DNA of 61,510 nt, filler included, from Jimgerdemannia flammicorona (Eukaryota): assembly GCA_003990765.1 (NCBI GenBank). It is 3 parts of 3 records of this genome, joined end to end, with 100 filler letters (N's around TTAATTAATTAA, not from the genome) between each part and the next. Parts side by side here need not be neighbours in the genome. Positions count along the whole stretch, not along the records: positions 20,540 to 40,977 come from RBNJ01001685.1; positions 41,078 to 61,510 come from RBNJ01001686.1; 1 more part is not named here. The stretch is one strand, 5' to 3'. Positions 40,502 through 53,974 of this stretch are shown here, piece by piece (position 1 is the first letter of the stretch; the number at the start of each line of letters is the position of its first letter). The position numbers and the translations under genes were made by a program. Below the pieces are notes generated by a model. That model was not told where the DNA came from, did not search any database, and saw only the letters and a program-made list of their open reading frames with translations.

Positions 40502-40977
40502 GTTAGGGTTAGGGTTAGGCTTCAAGTAAGGATTTATTCATTGTAGAGAAGAAAAGATACATCGGAGCAACAAACGGCGAAGACTCCTAAGATGAGAAAA
40601 GCAAAACAAGGCCAGCGAAGTAAACAACTAGCTAAGAAGTACAAAAACAAAGGCCAGAGAGGTGACCACCCTTTGGACGGGCTGGATAAACCATTTTGTC
40701 ACGGCCGTAAAGATAATAAATGCAAAAAGCAGAGAAGAGAGAAACTAAGAGAAAATACACAAACGCCCGGCACCAACTACAGGAACCGTATCGACAACTA
40801 ATCACCAAATGACTAACATGAGATGAATAACTCAATGCACTCTCAACAATGGGGGAACCAACCAAGGCGAATGAGGGGAAAGAAAGAAATAAAGAAAATG
40901 TGCGATCACTCGATCACCCAAGCATCTTCGTAATCTCGGTCAGGCAGAACCCGACCGCGAGGTGGCCACCAGAATTA
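40502..40977 (-). mobile_element. 3' end of telomere-tailed LINE copy 3 (cut by gap)
   Basis: Tail GTTAGGGTTAGGGTTAGG at 40502-40519, 3' UTR, and ORF2 end (EITKMLG*) at ~40914. Confidence 0.9.
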
Positions 40978-41077
40978 NNNNNNNNNNNNNNNNNNNNNNN
41001 NNNNNNNNNNNNNNNNNNNNNTTAATTAATTAANNNNNNNNNNNNNNNNNNNNNNNNNNNNNNNNNNNNNNNNNNNN
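40978..41077. other. Assembly gap with artificial TTAATTAATTAA spacer
   Basis: N-run, spacer, N-run. Confidence 0.95.
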
Positions 41078-43836
41078 TCTCGGGCAGGGTACCTTCTTTC
41101 TTCTTGCTGGTAATTCCTGTTATCTCTTGGTGGATAACCTTGGCTCCTCTGTGGTGGGTACCCTCTGTTGTTTTGGTAGTCCCAATTTTCGCGTGTGGTG
41201 AGTTTTTCAATCTATCCAACCAATCGGTCTAACTTGGAGCTGAGGTCTTGAATTTCGCTTCTGTCTTTCTTTCCTTCCTTGGCAGGCCTTCTTTCTTCAG
41301 ACCTTTCTTGTCCTTGAAGGAGTCCTTGTAGGGCTTTAACCAGGATATCTTCTTTATCTTCCTTTTTGTCATAGTCACTCTAGGTAGTTCCTTGCCTGAC
41401 ATCAAAGAATCCTTGGGCTACATCTACTTGCTCTTCAGACCTTCTGATGCCTAGGGTGCGGACATGCTGGGCAATATTCAGAGGAATCCCATTCATGAAG
41501 GTCATTGGACCTATGATGTCTTGGTTGGTGGCATTGAACCCGGCAGAGTGCATCCTCTTCTGGATTCTTGTAAAGAAGGCTCTGGGTGATTCTCCAAGAT
41601 TCATCTTCATTCCCATGATGGATTCCTGGGCCTTGTGGTGGGTTTCATTTCCTGCATACTTTTCTATGAGCCAGTAGACCATGGCCTGATATTCCAGCTC
41701 ATAGGAGACTGCTGCTTATATCTGTCTTGCTAGTTCGGAATCTGGGTTGTTTGCTGTTCGGTGGAAGATCCCTCTGGCTGGTTCTCTGAGCTGAGCTTTG
41801 TAGATGGCGATTTTCCTTTCATCTGAGAGATTCCTCAGGGCTGCGATTCCTTCGATTCCATCAAGGAATTCTCTGGGGTCTTCCTCTGGGTATCCTGCAA
41901 AGATTGGCAATAAGGTGGCCATTTCTTTGTCACTTTCTTCTGATTCTGGTTCAAATTCTGATTTTGATTCTGATTCGCTTTCTGAACTGTCACTAGAGAC
42001 CAGGGTGCTTGGATATCTTGAAGACGGTGTTCTGGTCCTTGGATGGGGTGGAGTAGGCCTAGGTATCCTTGTAGGAGCTACTTCTGGTTCTGCAAGAGGT
42101 TGTGGTAGGGGTTCTATTGGTGAAATTGGTGGGACTGGTGTGGGGTATCTGGCTGTAAGGTGTTGGGTCTGGGTAATAAAGTCTTCTAGTTCTTATGCAA
42201 GTTCTCCAAAATCTCCAGCAGGGCTGCCTATATTGTCTGGTTGATCTGGTTGATCTGGTTGATCTGGCTGAGGATTTCAGGCTATACTGCCTCCTGCTTC
42301 TGGTTGAGATCCTTCTGATGCTGGGTAGTTGGCAAGTCTTGAGGTAATTACTTCTCTTCCTGTCCAAATGCTAGTGATGACTGGTTCTCCTGTAGTAGCA
42401 GAGGTTGGTGTTGTATCAAATGTATCCAGTTTGACTGTGGGTTCTTGTGAGCTGAAAAGTCACATCGATTTTGAAATCTTCCCAGTTGAGCCCCCAAATG
42501 TAACGTGCCAGCTCAATGGAGGCAAATTACAAGGTTGGGGGTTGATGTAGTTTGGCTTGAGCCCCCAGTTACTTTGTTAAAAGTAACAAAATGTTCTTGG
42601 TGTTTAGCGGTATAATAGTCAAGATCTGGATACTGTGCAAGTGGTTTCCTTTTTGGGACGGTTCTCTGGGTGTAGCGGTGACTTGTGTGTGAATGGACTT
42701 CCTTCTTGGGTCAACTGGGAATGGTACAATTTGTGTAGCATGAGTGGTTTCCTTCTTGAGTAGCAGGTGATTTCTGTGTAGCATGATGATCTTGTGTGTG
42801 ACGGTCTGGCAATTTAGCAGTTCTCCTTATGCGATTTCTGTGTGACAATCTCTGTGTAGTGCGATGGGTTCCTTATGCGGATGTTCTGATAATTTGGCGG
42901 ATAACTCGATTTGGTACGGATTTTCCAAAAGCGGCGGGCTTTACTGAGAATTGTATAGCGAGAATTCTTCTGCAATGGGCTCACTGAGAATAACAAAGAA
43001 CTCGGATGGCTCTTCTGGGAATGCGGCGGATAGCTTAGGAATGGCGGGTGATGCAGATTCTTCCTGAATCAGCGGGCTCTTAACTGGGAAACAGGATGGT
43101 GCAGATTCTTTCTGAATCGGCAGGCTTCTGGGAAATAACTTGGGTGGTGCAGATTCTTCCTGAATCAGCTTCAACTGGGAATACTACTTGGATTCTTAGC
43201 AAGTTACATCAAAGACTGGCTTTGTTTGCATGGGGTTACGTTGTAGACTGGCTCTACTGCGAAGTTGCATCAGAAAGACTAGCTTGTGGCAAGAAAGGTG
43301 GTGGAAATCTTCAGGCTTATCTGGCAAGCAAACCAATAACAATAATTCCAAAGGCGGTAAAGTTCTTCCTTGAACTTAGGCAGCAAACTCGAATTCTTCA
43401 GGCTTATCTGGCAAGTGAACCAAAAATGTATCAGACTCTTCTTTATATCGGAAAGTGGACCGGAGTGGAAAGAGGACCAATGCTCAATCTTTAGAGACTT
43501 CTTTGGTGTTTGTATTTCGGACTGAGGTTTTTATTCACTCTCGCCTCTGGGGTAATTTATACAAGTTGGTTGCTATCTGGTTACTATGTGGCTAACTATA
43601 GATCTGCTACTTATGGCAGGTATATAGAGTCTGTATAGTGTACAGGACCTGTACAGTGTACAGAGTCTGTATGGTGTACAGAGTCTATACAGGTAAACAG
43701 ACCCTTTCTGGTATGTCTGGCTATTTATACAGTTTCCACAGCAAGAGTTGCTAGTTACTAAGCTGAGTGTTCATGTCATCTTGTTCGCGTCATCTGGTTA
43801 AGATATGATTCGGGTAGTACGTCTTGGCTTGTCACA
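41078..43836 (-). mobile_element. 5' part of a different LTR retrotransposon (Gypsy-D): ~1.34 kb LTR, tRNA-Pro-like PBS, gag
   Basis: TGTGAC start at 43836, GTTACA end at 42499, PBS TGGGGGCTCAACTGGGA immediately after; gag PIFAGYPEEDPREFL...GESPRAFFTRI...FMNGIP. The partner LTR is not in the window, so LTR limits are inferred. Confidence 0.7.
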
Positions 43837-44599
43837 TTATATAGATATAGTTTATAAGTCTACTGTTCTCATATATAGCAGTTACTATAATATTATATAT
43901 TTCTGAAAGTTCTTTTATAAGTATTAGAATCTTATTCTTATCTCTAATATAATCTATAAATATGCTGAGAGAATTCACTTAATTTATCAGATTGTTGATA
44001 TAATTAGTATACTTATAGATACTCTTCTTATTATTAGATTTTATTTATAGATTAAATAACTGAGATTTTAGATGGAATCAATTTGATATAGATATTTATA
44101 TATAATAATTATATAGAGCTTCTCATATCTTATAAACTATCATTATATATACATATATATTATAAGTTTTATTTACTAATTTAAAAGAATGAAGACAATC
44201 TCTTATAATACTCAACAGTTGTTTGCAGTATTATAGTTTTAAATTTGTACTTGCAGTATATATACTCTACTAAGTCATACTTATTAAAGAGATTCATCAT
44301 ATAGAAAACCTAAATAGTATAGTCTTTTCTATTGAAGATTAGAATAGATCTCTTGATTATATTTGTATAAAGACTATATTTCTTATTATATATAATATCT
44401 ATACTGATTACAATAGAGACTATTTCTATTATTACTAAAATACTCATATATTTGTTAAATTACTAAGCTTATCTTAGCTTATTATAGAGTTTATTTATAA
44501 TATATATGTATATATATTATAATGATATTTTTGAAACTGATAATATCAGAACCCAAAGACTACTTAGACATAGCAAGTCACCAGTTACAAGTTATGACT

Positions 44600-45960
44600 C
44601 AACTATGACTCATCTTGATCATAAGATGATCTGAAACCAAATTCATAATGACTTATAATGACCCCAGCAGTATACTACTCAAGTTAAGTAACTCTATACT
44701 CTAGACCAAAAGAGTAGATCCTTAAGATATAAAAGAAGCATCCTGAGAAAGAAGACAAGGTATTAATTACAAAGCTTACTATAAAATAAAATGTCTGTCA
44801 TCTACTAAAAAATAAGATCAAGAAGTTATTCAGATTTATCAGTCTAAGAATAAATATTTACTAATATTAAGAGGGCAATGAGGTTGCATATAAAAAGGAT
44901 CTCTAGTCTGAACCTCTATATAAGGAACCCCTACCACTATACTCTCAACTACCAGAAAATAGAAATAAGAATTACTATTACTACTGAGTACCTCTGAATG
45001 TAACAAGAATATAAAATAGAACATTATCTCTACCAGAAGTTCTCATAGGCCAGCTCTCAAGAAATTGAAGATATCACATATATGAATAGACATGAGCAAA
45101 AACTAGTCAAAAGAGTTCATCAGATCTTCAAATATATACCCTAGACTATTCCCAATCTTGAGTATGTCAAGGTTTCTAATATTTAAGAATTGACAAGCTA
45201 TCATACAGACTATCTCAAGAAAATAGTTACCAAGACCCAATTTACTATCACAGTCAAAAGTGATGAAGTTCAAGACCTTTGGAACTCTATTCTAGAGAAC
45301 AATCCAGATCAATTCCTCTATAGTTTAATTATACTATTTTAAGGCCCTCCTCTGAGAGTTTGCTATCCTCAGAACTCTATAGATATTCTCTACTTTGTGG
45401 ATGACCTTACTATTGACTGGAGACCTTAAGAGCAGAATGATATTACTCCCTCAGACAACTTGGAGAATAATGACAACCCACTTATTCTACTGAAAGATGA
45501 TGTCTACAACTTCCTTTCTCTTTTCTAAGACCCTCTCACTGATCTCAATATAACTATAGAGAATACAGAAAATGATTTGGCCAGACTTCTTGAAGAAAAT
45601 GAGAAGAAAGATGAGAACAATATAATTCCTATTATATTGAACTTTAAGATACATGAGGATAGCTCTATTAGTCAAATTTGAGTAAGTTAGTGACTGTACA
45701 TCTAATTAGCCATATTTAAGTTAGTTAGTTAGTTGTACAAACAGTGGCTGCACTTTAACAAGCCAAATTTGTCACAAATATAAAACTAAGTCTTTTTCAG
45801 TTAGTTGGTTATCTGAATTCAAAAAGTGTACTAATTAGTATCTTCTAGTAATTATGAGTTTTAACTAATTACTCAGCCTTATATATAGCCTAAAATCTGT
45901 ATAAATACCCCTCTGATCTATAGTGAATAAATCTCAGTTAGTTCTAGTTTGAAGTAAAAA
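44600..45960 (+). mobile_element. Solo LTR-like segment with ORF3-like relic, homologous to 13630-15050
   Basis: LVKRVHQIF...ENNPDQF; TATAAATA at ~45900 and AATAAA at ~45926. Confidence 0.45.
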
Positions 45961-47292
45961 GAAAATTTTATAGAGAAACACACTGCCTCCAAGAGAACAA
46001 ATAATTCTAGAGATTAATATATCTATCTGAAGCATGAAGCTTGGAGATTAAGAAGACAAATCACTCTTACCACTACCACTAGTTAAGTCAGCCAGTTAAA
46101 CACTATCTCAGAAATCAGATACCAAGAACTACTACCACTACAGAATCAGAATATACTGTCACAGAATACTAGAATAATTATCAAATTACCAGTATACTTA
46201 AGAACAATATATGATATAAATGATTGCCCTTTTGATATATGAACAATTGTCATATGACCTAAAACTCAGTAATACTACTTCAGTCAAATAAGAGAAATAA
46301 CTTTAGGAAACCTATCAGGAAACTTAGTTAAGAATACTAAAATAATCACTAACTGCCAGAGAGCTTGGAAAATCCATAAAAACAATTGCCAGAATCTGCA
46401 ATATAGTTCTTTCACCTTTTACTATTCCAAATGTCTAGTTATGTGACTAATAACTCATGATATATAAACTCTAATATAACATGAACTCCAACTTGATGCA
46501 AACAGATAATGTAAACAAATTGAATAGTAGTTGAACTGAACATTGAGCCAGAACATTATTAGTAAATAAAGATATCAATAGTATATAATTAATCAGTAGC
46601 ATATTGAGCCATATATAATATCTATCAGTAACTAGAACTATATAAATCACACACTATAATATATATTAGAAATATATTATTATATATAGCTGCTTAATGC
46701 TAGCAGAACTTATAATTTTTATTGTAAATAGACTAAAAAGAACAATAGAGAGTATTTGTTTATTTCTTAAGATAGTGTAAATTTATATATTAAAATTAGT
46801 AATATAATCATTAGTAATATAGTTATATATAAGCTATATAAGTTATAAATTATTAAAATGTAAAATAATAAAAATTTTAACAAAATCAAATTGAGGGCTA
46901 TTCAAATTGAATTGGGTTCTAATTTAATTTGAATCAAATCAAATTAAGATCCAATTTGACTTAAAATTTTTATCTCAACTTCAAAATATAAAAATAATAA
47001 CTTGATGAAAATATATCCAAATTTAATATTCTTTATTATACCAGATTCATTATACTAAGATATATCTAATAAGTTAAAATTTATTAAATTTGGATTTAAA
47101 TTGAACTTTAAATTAAATTGAATTATAATCAAATTCAATTTAATTCAACTCATTTTAAGTATTATTCTAAATATAATATTATTTGAAAACTACTAGTTAA
47201 CTTCAAGAATATATAAGATCTCATTTAAGACTTTGAAGAAAAAATATACATCTCTATTTCTACTTACTAGTTTGATATACTTTTATATATAG

Positions 47293-50200
47293 TGTAACAT
47301 AGTGGATACTTAACCTTGGAAGTATATCAGATTTCTGTATTTTGAAAACTTGACCTTCTTTGACTCTGCAGAGTCCTCAAGATACAGGAGTGGGTAAGTT
47401 CAAAGTATATCTGCCTATAGGCTTACTAGTTTCTTTGCTTTTTCTTTACTTTGAACTATTTCAATCTGAGGTTTATTCACTCTAAGATACTGAGTTATTT
47501 ATACAAGTTTGCTAGTTATAAGGTGGCTAAGTTATGACTATATTATGAGTTACTTTTCATAAGTATTGAATCTTTCAATATCTGTAAAATCTTCAGTATC
47601 TGTGAAGAGTTCAATATTCATGAAAACTTTAATAGTTGTGAAATAACAATGACTGCTATTTATAAGACTATACTATATCAGGAATTGAGTTCAGATACCA
47701 TGATCAAATGTCTAATTCCTTTGATTCATATTTCTAATTCAGATCAACTGTCACAACTTCCTCCTGAATAGGCAATTTGTCTCTGAAATATTCTATTCAA
47801 ACTTCCAAGCTTCTACAATTTATATCTCCTTATACTGATCAATCTGCATTATTATATACTCTCAGTATTATTTCTTGATATATTTGAAGTCTCCTGGAAC
47901 TACTCTATGAAGATAGGCAAGAGCTGGCTCATTATCCTTGAACATCTTATTGACTCATTTGGCAGTTATAATCTGAGTATAAGAGAGCTAACACTCTCTA
48001 ATTGAGTCTTCTTTTCCCATATCTGGCTGTAAGTTCAGTAGTTGTCCCAACTTGAAGTATTCTTGAAACTCAGTTCAGTTCTAGTAGACCTTAAAGTATG
48101 AGATTTGTGATATATGTATCTGGACTATACTCTGCATATCATTAAAGGATTCTTCTATGACTGGCAGCTCAGTAGTGTACCATTGTCTTTCTATGGCTCA
48201 CTGTACAGTACTGATGATCTTGAGGGCTACAGCAGTACTCTGTTGGTTAGCCATGATACTTCTTAAGTCAGTTTTAGTGGATGGTAGTGAAGATGATTGT
48301 GTCCGAGAGTTTTTATAGCCAAAAGGTGGTCTCTTTTATATCTTGCACAAGGTAAGGTCCTTCTTACTTAGGCTCCAGTTTTCATAACTATAAAGTTTTT
48401 ACTATATTTCAATATACCAGAACTTTGTCTTCTATCTTGATAATCTCCAGGGGCTAGTGAACCTTTTCCACATTATTCTGTTATAGTGCCTGTACCTTAG
48501 TTATGTAATCTTCAGCCTTCTTTCTGATTTGGTATAGTTTCTATATCTCTTCATCTATGTGTTTCCATACAGTATCTCTATTGGATGATAGGGTTTCTTG
48601 AGAACCTTCTTCTCTAAATAGTATTTTCCAAGAGGTGAAATGGGTGTTTTGTGATTGAATATCCCAGAAAGTAGATAATGCTATTGGCAAATAGTGATCC
48701 CAGTTTTTGTAGTTATCACAGATCTTGGCAATAATATTTTTGAGAGTCTTATTGATCCTTTTTACCTATCTGTTTCCTTAGAGATGATATGCTGTGGTCC
48801 AAATGTGCTGGATCTTTTACTTCTTGTAGAGGATCTCAAAGAACTGATTCACAAATTCTGTTCCTCTATCTGTAGTTACTTATGTTGGAGTCTTGAACTG
48901 AGAGATGATTTCTTTATAAAAGAAATTAGTAATTGACTGTGCATTGGCTTCCTTGAGGAGTCCTGCCTCTATTTATTTCATGAAAAGATCTATGATGATG
49001 ATGATATATTGGTTGTCAGTCAAAGTCAAAGGTAGAGGACCAATCACATCTATTGCAATATACTGGTTCTATGTGTACTGATCCTGGGACTTGGTTTTGT
49101 TGATTTTGTTTCTACTTCTGACATTTGTTACAAGTCTTGATAAATCATCTGATATCTTCCTCTATTCCTGACTACCATATTGTTCTTCTTACTTTATCAT
49201 ATGTATTTGTTCCTCCTAGATGACCAAGTTCATATACTGATTTTATTGCTTGCTCCTTCTTATGTTCTGGTATGACTAGTAGCTTTTCTTTCTTCAATGT
49301 TTCTCTATTAGTTTCAAATTATTTCCATGTTCTATTGATAATTATTTGTATTCATTCTTCCAGATATTGGGGCATCTTTTACTATTCTAGATAGGTGATG
49401 ATTCTATTGTAGAGCTCTTTATTTATGATTGATTTGCTGGTTGGAGGTCCTTCAGAGTGTCTATAAGAGGGTATCTGTATTGACATTGGTTCTTCCTGGG
49501 CAGTGTACAAGGGTTATGTCATATGCTTGCAACTTCATGATCTATCTGGCATAGATTCCTTTGGGTTGATCAGTGGTCAGTAGCTAAATAAGGGCTGAGT
49601 GGTCTATCTAGATAGTGAAGTGTCTTCTGGCAAGATAGTAGTAGAACTTCTCTATGGTCCAGATAACTGCAAGGCATTTCAACTTGTAGGATTCATATTT
49701 TTTTTCAGCTTCTCAGATTCCTTGGCTTAGGTATATAATGACATACTCTACTTTATCTTTCTTTTGAGCTAGAACTACTCCTAGTCCCTAGGCACTTGCA
49801 TCTGTCTACAGAATGAATTCTTGAGTCCAATTAGGTCTTCTGAGGATAAGTGCCAGGGTCAGTCTGACCTTGAGCTCATCAAATGCTTTTTGTTGCCTAC
49901 CAGTCTATTGGAACTTAGTATCCTTCTTATTGAGTTCATAGATTGGCCCAGTAATGTTGGAGAATCCTCTGATAAATTATCAGTAATATGAGACCAGTCT
50001 CATGAAGGCTTGGGCTTCAGTAACTGTGGTGAGCCTTGGGTATGCTGCTACTACTTGAATCTTGAGAGGGTCTGTATATATTCTATCTCGATTAATGATA
50101 TGGCCAAGATAGATAATTTTGATTTCTGCAAATTTGTACTTCTTGGGCTTGATATAAAGACCATACTATCTCAGCTTCTCCATTATCTGTTGGATATGCT

Positions 50201-53200
50201 GCAGATGTTCTTTAGCTGTCCTGCTATAAATGATAACATCATCCATATAAACCATCATCTATCTTTCTATATCATAGTGGAAGATTTTACTTATCATTTG
50301 CTGGAAGCTCACAGGGACATTATATATTCTGAATAGCATTCATAAGTAGATATAGATTCTATCTGGAGTGATGAAGGCTGATTTCTCACTTGCTGTTTCT
50401 GTGAGTTTGATTTGGTGGAATCCTAAGTATAGATCTAAGGTACTGTAATACTGAGCTTTGTCTTCCAAAGTTATAAGAATGTCATTGATGAGTGGTAGTG
50501 ATTGGTGATCCTTCTTGATGACTATGTTGAGCTTTCTATAATCAATACAGAGTCTTGGTACAAATTCTTCAAGCTTGCTTTCTTTTTTTGAAACTAGTAT
50601 AACTAGTGAAGACCAGGGGCTGCTGGCCTTCTTGATGATATTGGCTTCTTCTATCTGCTTGATTTCTTCTCTGAGCCACTCTCAGTAGGCTGGTGAGATA
50701 GGTCTTGCCTTCTAGTAAATTGATTTGATATCTCCAGATCTATATTATAATAGTAGTATGGAGTTTTTCCTTTGATATCCTTGAAGTCTGTGGCAGTATT
50801 TTCTTGAGCTCTGTCTTGAGTGGGAATTTATTTCCAATAGTGTAGCTGTACTTATTTGTAGTTTCCTCCTTTTTATGCTACAGCTTGGTGATCTTGGTAC
50901 TGGTGAATACTCCTCTTCCTGTGGATCCGAATTCTTTTCTTTCTCTTTCTGTTTTCTCCAACTTCTTGACTTCCATGATTCTCAGCTGAAGAACTGGAAA
51001 GATCAACATCTATGCCAGTCAGTCCTTCTTCTTGATTGGAAATGGAATCATAGAGTTGTGGTTTCTGGTAATAAGTAGTATTTCTCCAATATAATCTGAA
51101 TCAATCACTCCTCCTTCAATTATGATTTTACTTCTAGCCAGACTACTTCTTGTCTTGAGGATTCTGACATAGTTCTTTGGAATGGTCATCTCTAGACCAG
51201 TTGCAAGTAGGGCAGTTATCTGAGGTTCAAGTATAGTTTTCTTTACTGTGGCAATATCCATTCCAGCTATATTTTCTGACTTATATTCTGATAAGACTAC
51301 ATTAGGGTGAATTTTCTGAATCTTGATCTTGATTTCCTCTTCATCATCACTGTCTTTGAGGAAAGCTGGTGGTTTGTCATCTTCTTTCTCTTCTTCTTTC
51401 ATTCTCTTTTCTTTTCTTACTTATTTCTCAAAAACCTTCTCTCTTCTTTGATGGTAGATTTTTTTGATTTTACCAGTATATTGGTAACACTTGTTGATAT
51501 ACTCCATATAGTACATTCAGATTCCATGGGGGCAGACTTCTTGTGGTACATATCTTTTTATAATCTTCTTACACCAGTCTTCTTTACTCATCCATCTAAT
51601 TTTCTTCTTCTTTTTCTAAGTTATCACCATATAGGCTTCCCCTTATTTGCTCTCTTCTTCCTCCATCTCAGGCAGGACTCCTTTATTGACATTGATGGGA
51701 ATTTGCATCTTCTGTCTATGGTAGATGATCTGTATCTTCTGAGAATTTAGATCAATTATTGCCTTAGCTTTATGAAGCCACTGGTTGCTGATGAGGATGT
51801 CATAGTTGGTTGTATTGGTTATGATCATATTTATTGGAATGGTTGCTCCTCCAAACTTGATGGGAACATTTCTGATCTTTCTCAGAGGTGTGGCTCTTAT
51901 GCTATCTGCTATGATGAACACTAATTTAGTTACTTCTTCAACTTCTCAACCTAGGCAGTCTGCTGCTTTCTTACTAAGGAGGCATTCTCCTGCTCCTATA
52001 TCAATAATAGTCTCAAAGACTCTATCCTCAATTTGACAAGTTGCATAGGCAGAGGTTTTACAGTTATCTTTGCTTTATTCTCCTGAGTCTTCTTGAATAT
52101 TGTTGGTCTCAGTTATCTTCTATTCTTACTTCTTGATTGTTTCGGCTAGTCTATATCTCATTTGCTGTCTGAATGTAGGTATTTCTGCAAGCTGGTCAAA
52201 GGTTGCATTGATCTTTTATTGACTGAAATCCTTGAAGATATCATACTTGAAGGTCTTGATTTTGCAAAGCTTCTTCTTCTTTTCTCCTTTACTGGCTGGA
52301 GTAGTTTCTTAGATGATATCTTGAACAGTCTATTCTAACTCCATATCTTGATCCATTTCTTTACCTTGGCTTTCTCTATCTGCTTTTCCATAGGGTTCTT
52401 CTTGGGTCTCCCTGGTGGTCTCTTGTAGGGTTCTTTTGTAGATGTCCTTCTTGGTAGTCTGTATAAGATAGGCTTCCTATTTCTCTTCATCTGATTCTTC
52501 AATCTCTTCAAAGGTGATGATGTTGGCCTGTTCTTTATTTCAAGTAGCATTGCTTAGCTATACCTTGCACTTGGTTTTGCTCATATATTCATATAAGTAG
52601 TGGTCCTCTTCTCTGCAGATATAGCAGGTATCTCTCTTCTTGTCCAAGGTGGTGGTAAATTTCTGAACTAGGTGGCAGTCTCTTCTTTTGATTTTCTTGA
52701 CCACATCTCCTAGGTGAGCAGTCATTTCAGCAAACTACTTGGTGAGTTCTTTCATAGGATTACTATTTCTCTGTTATTCAATAACTCTTGGTTGAGGTGT
52801 ATTTCAATTGATTACTGTGGTAGGGATCATACTAGTTGTCTTGAGTGCTTCGATTCTAACTTTAGTAACTCTCTCCATTATATAGTCTTGTGAGTGTCTG
52901 GCTATCCAATATTGCTGAGTATAGGTGATCTTCTGTACTAGATCCAGAACTATTAGTGATGAGCAAATGGCCAGAACTATCTCTGGGTATATTTCTTTCA
53001 TGAAGATTGCTTTAGCTACTTGGTCCCTGATAGTAGTAGTATAATTTGCAAGAATTATCTAATATTAAATTCTGGTATAGAATATATTTAGATCCTCACT
53101 CATTTCTTGGCATGTTGTATTGAGCTGATCTTTCAGTGCCTGCTTGATCTTGTCTGTATAGTATGTGACTTGGAGCCAGGTCTTCTGTACTGCTAGCATA

Positions 53201-53974
53201 GCATCATTATTATTTTCTATATGGGTTGCAGCTGTGAATACTACTCTTGCTAGTTCTCAGAGACTGAAGGGCATAAGAGTTACTTGCTGCCTTACTGTCA
53301 GGCCTCTTATAGCAGCATATTACTCAAAATCATCAATGAAGGTGATGATTGATTTGTCTGAAGTATAACTATAGAATACTGATGGTCTTATATCTATCTT
53401 GTCTGAGTATCTTAGTTTAATTTATATGATTGTTCAAGTAGTGGCAGTTATTCATTATTTAGCTTAAAAGTGAGAGATTTATCTTAAATTACCAGCCAAT
53501 GGACACTAAGTTGTAATATAGCAGATACTTAATCTTAGAAGTATGTCAGATTTCTGTATCTTGAAAACTTGACCTTCTTTGACTTTGCAGAGTCCTTGGG
53601 ATATAGAAGTGAGTGAGTTTGAAGTATATCTGCCTGCAGGCTTACTAGTTTCTTTGCTTTCTCTTTGCTTTAAACTATTTCGATCTGAGGTTTATTCACT
53701 CTAAGATACTGGGTTATTTATATAAGTTTGCTAGCTATAAGATGGCTAAGTTATGACTATGTTATGATTCACTTTTCACAAGTGTTGAATCTTTCAATAT
53801 CTGTGAAATCTTCAGTATCTGCAAAGAGTTCAACATTCACAAAAACTTTAATAGTTGTAAAATAACAATGACTGCTATTTATAAGGTTATACTATATTAG
53901 AAATTAGGTTCAGGTACTGTAATAAAATATCTAATTTTCTTGATTTATATTCCTAATTCAGATCAACCACTACA
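47293..53974 (-). mobile_element. Complete Ty3/Gypsy element (Gypsy-B), same family as Gypsy-A, heavily mutated
   Basis: 463-bp LTRs at 47293-47755 and 53512-53974, ATAG TSD, PBS as in Gypsy-A (53491-53509), dUTPase AGMDI...GGVIDSDYIGEI (~51020-51300), RT/RH, IN 48247-49426, ORF3 47793-48254. Confidence 0.95.

Larger units (their letters stand above)
35415..40502 (-). mobile_element. Full-length telomere-repeat-tailed LINE, copy 2 (head-to-tail with copy 1)
   Basis: Collinear with copy 1; tail GGTTAGGGTTAGG at 35415-35427 nearly abuts the 5' end of copy 1. Confidence 0.92.

Noticed and set aside
30254..40977. Athena/Coprina Penelope-like element, MoTeR, or telomerase
   Set aside because: ORF2 has a clear N-terminal APE domain and LINE-type RT motifs; no TERT, GIY-YIG or restriction-like EN motifs were seen.
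46860..47170. MITE from AT-rich aaattgaatt/aattcaattt repeats
   Set aside because: Low complexity; I could not define TIRs or a TSD.
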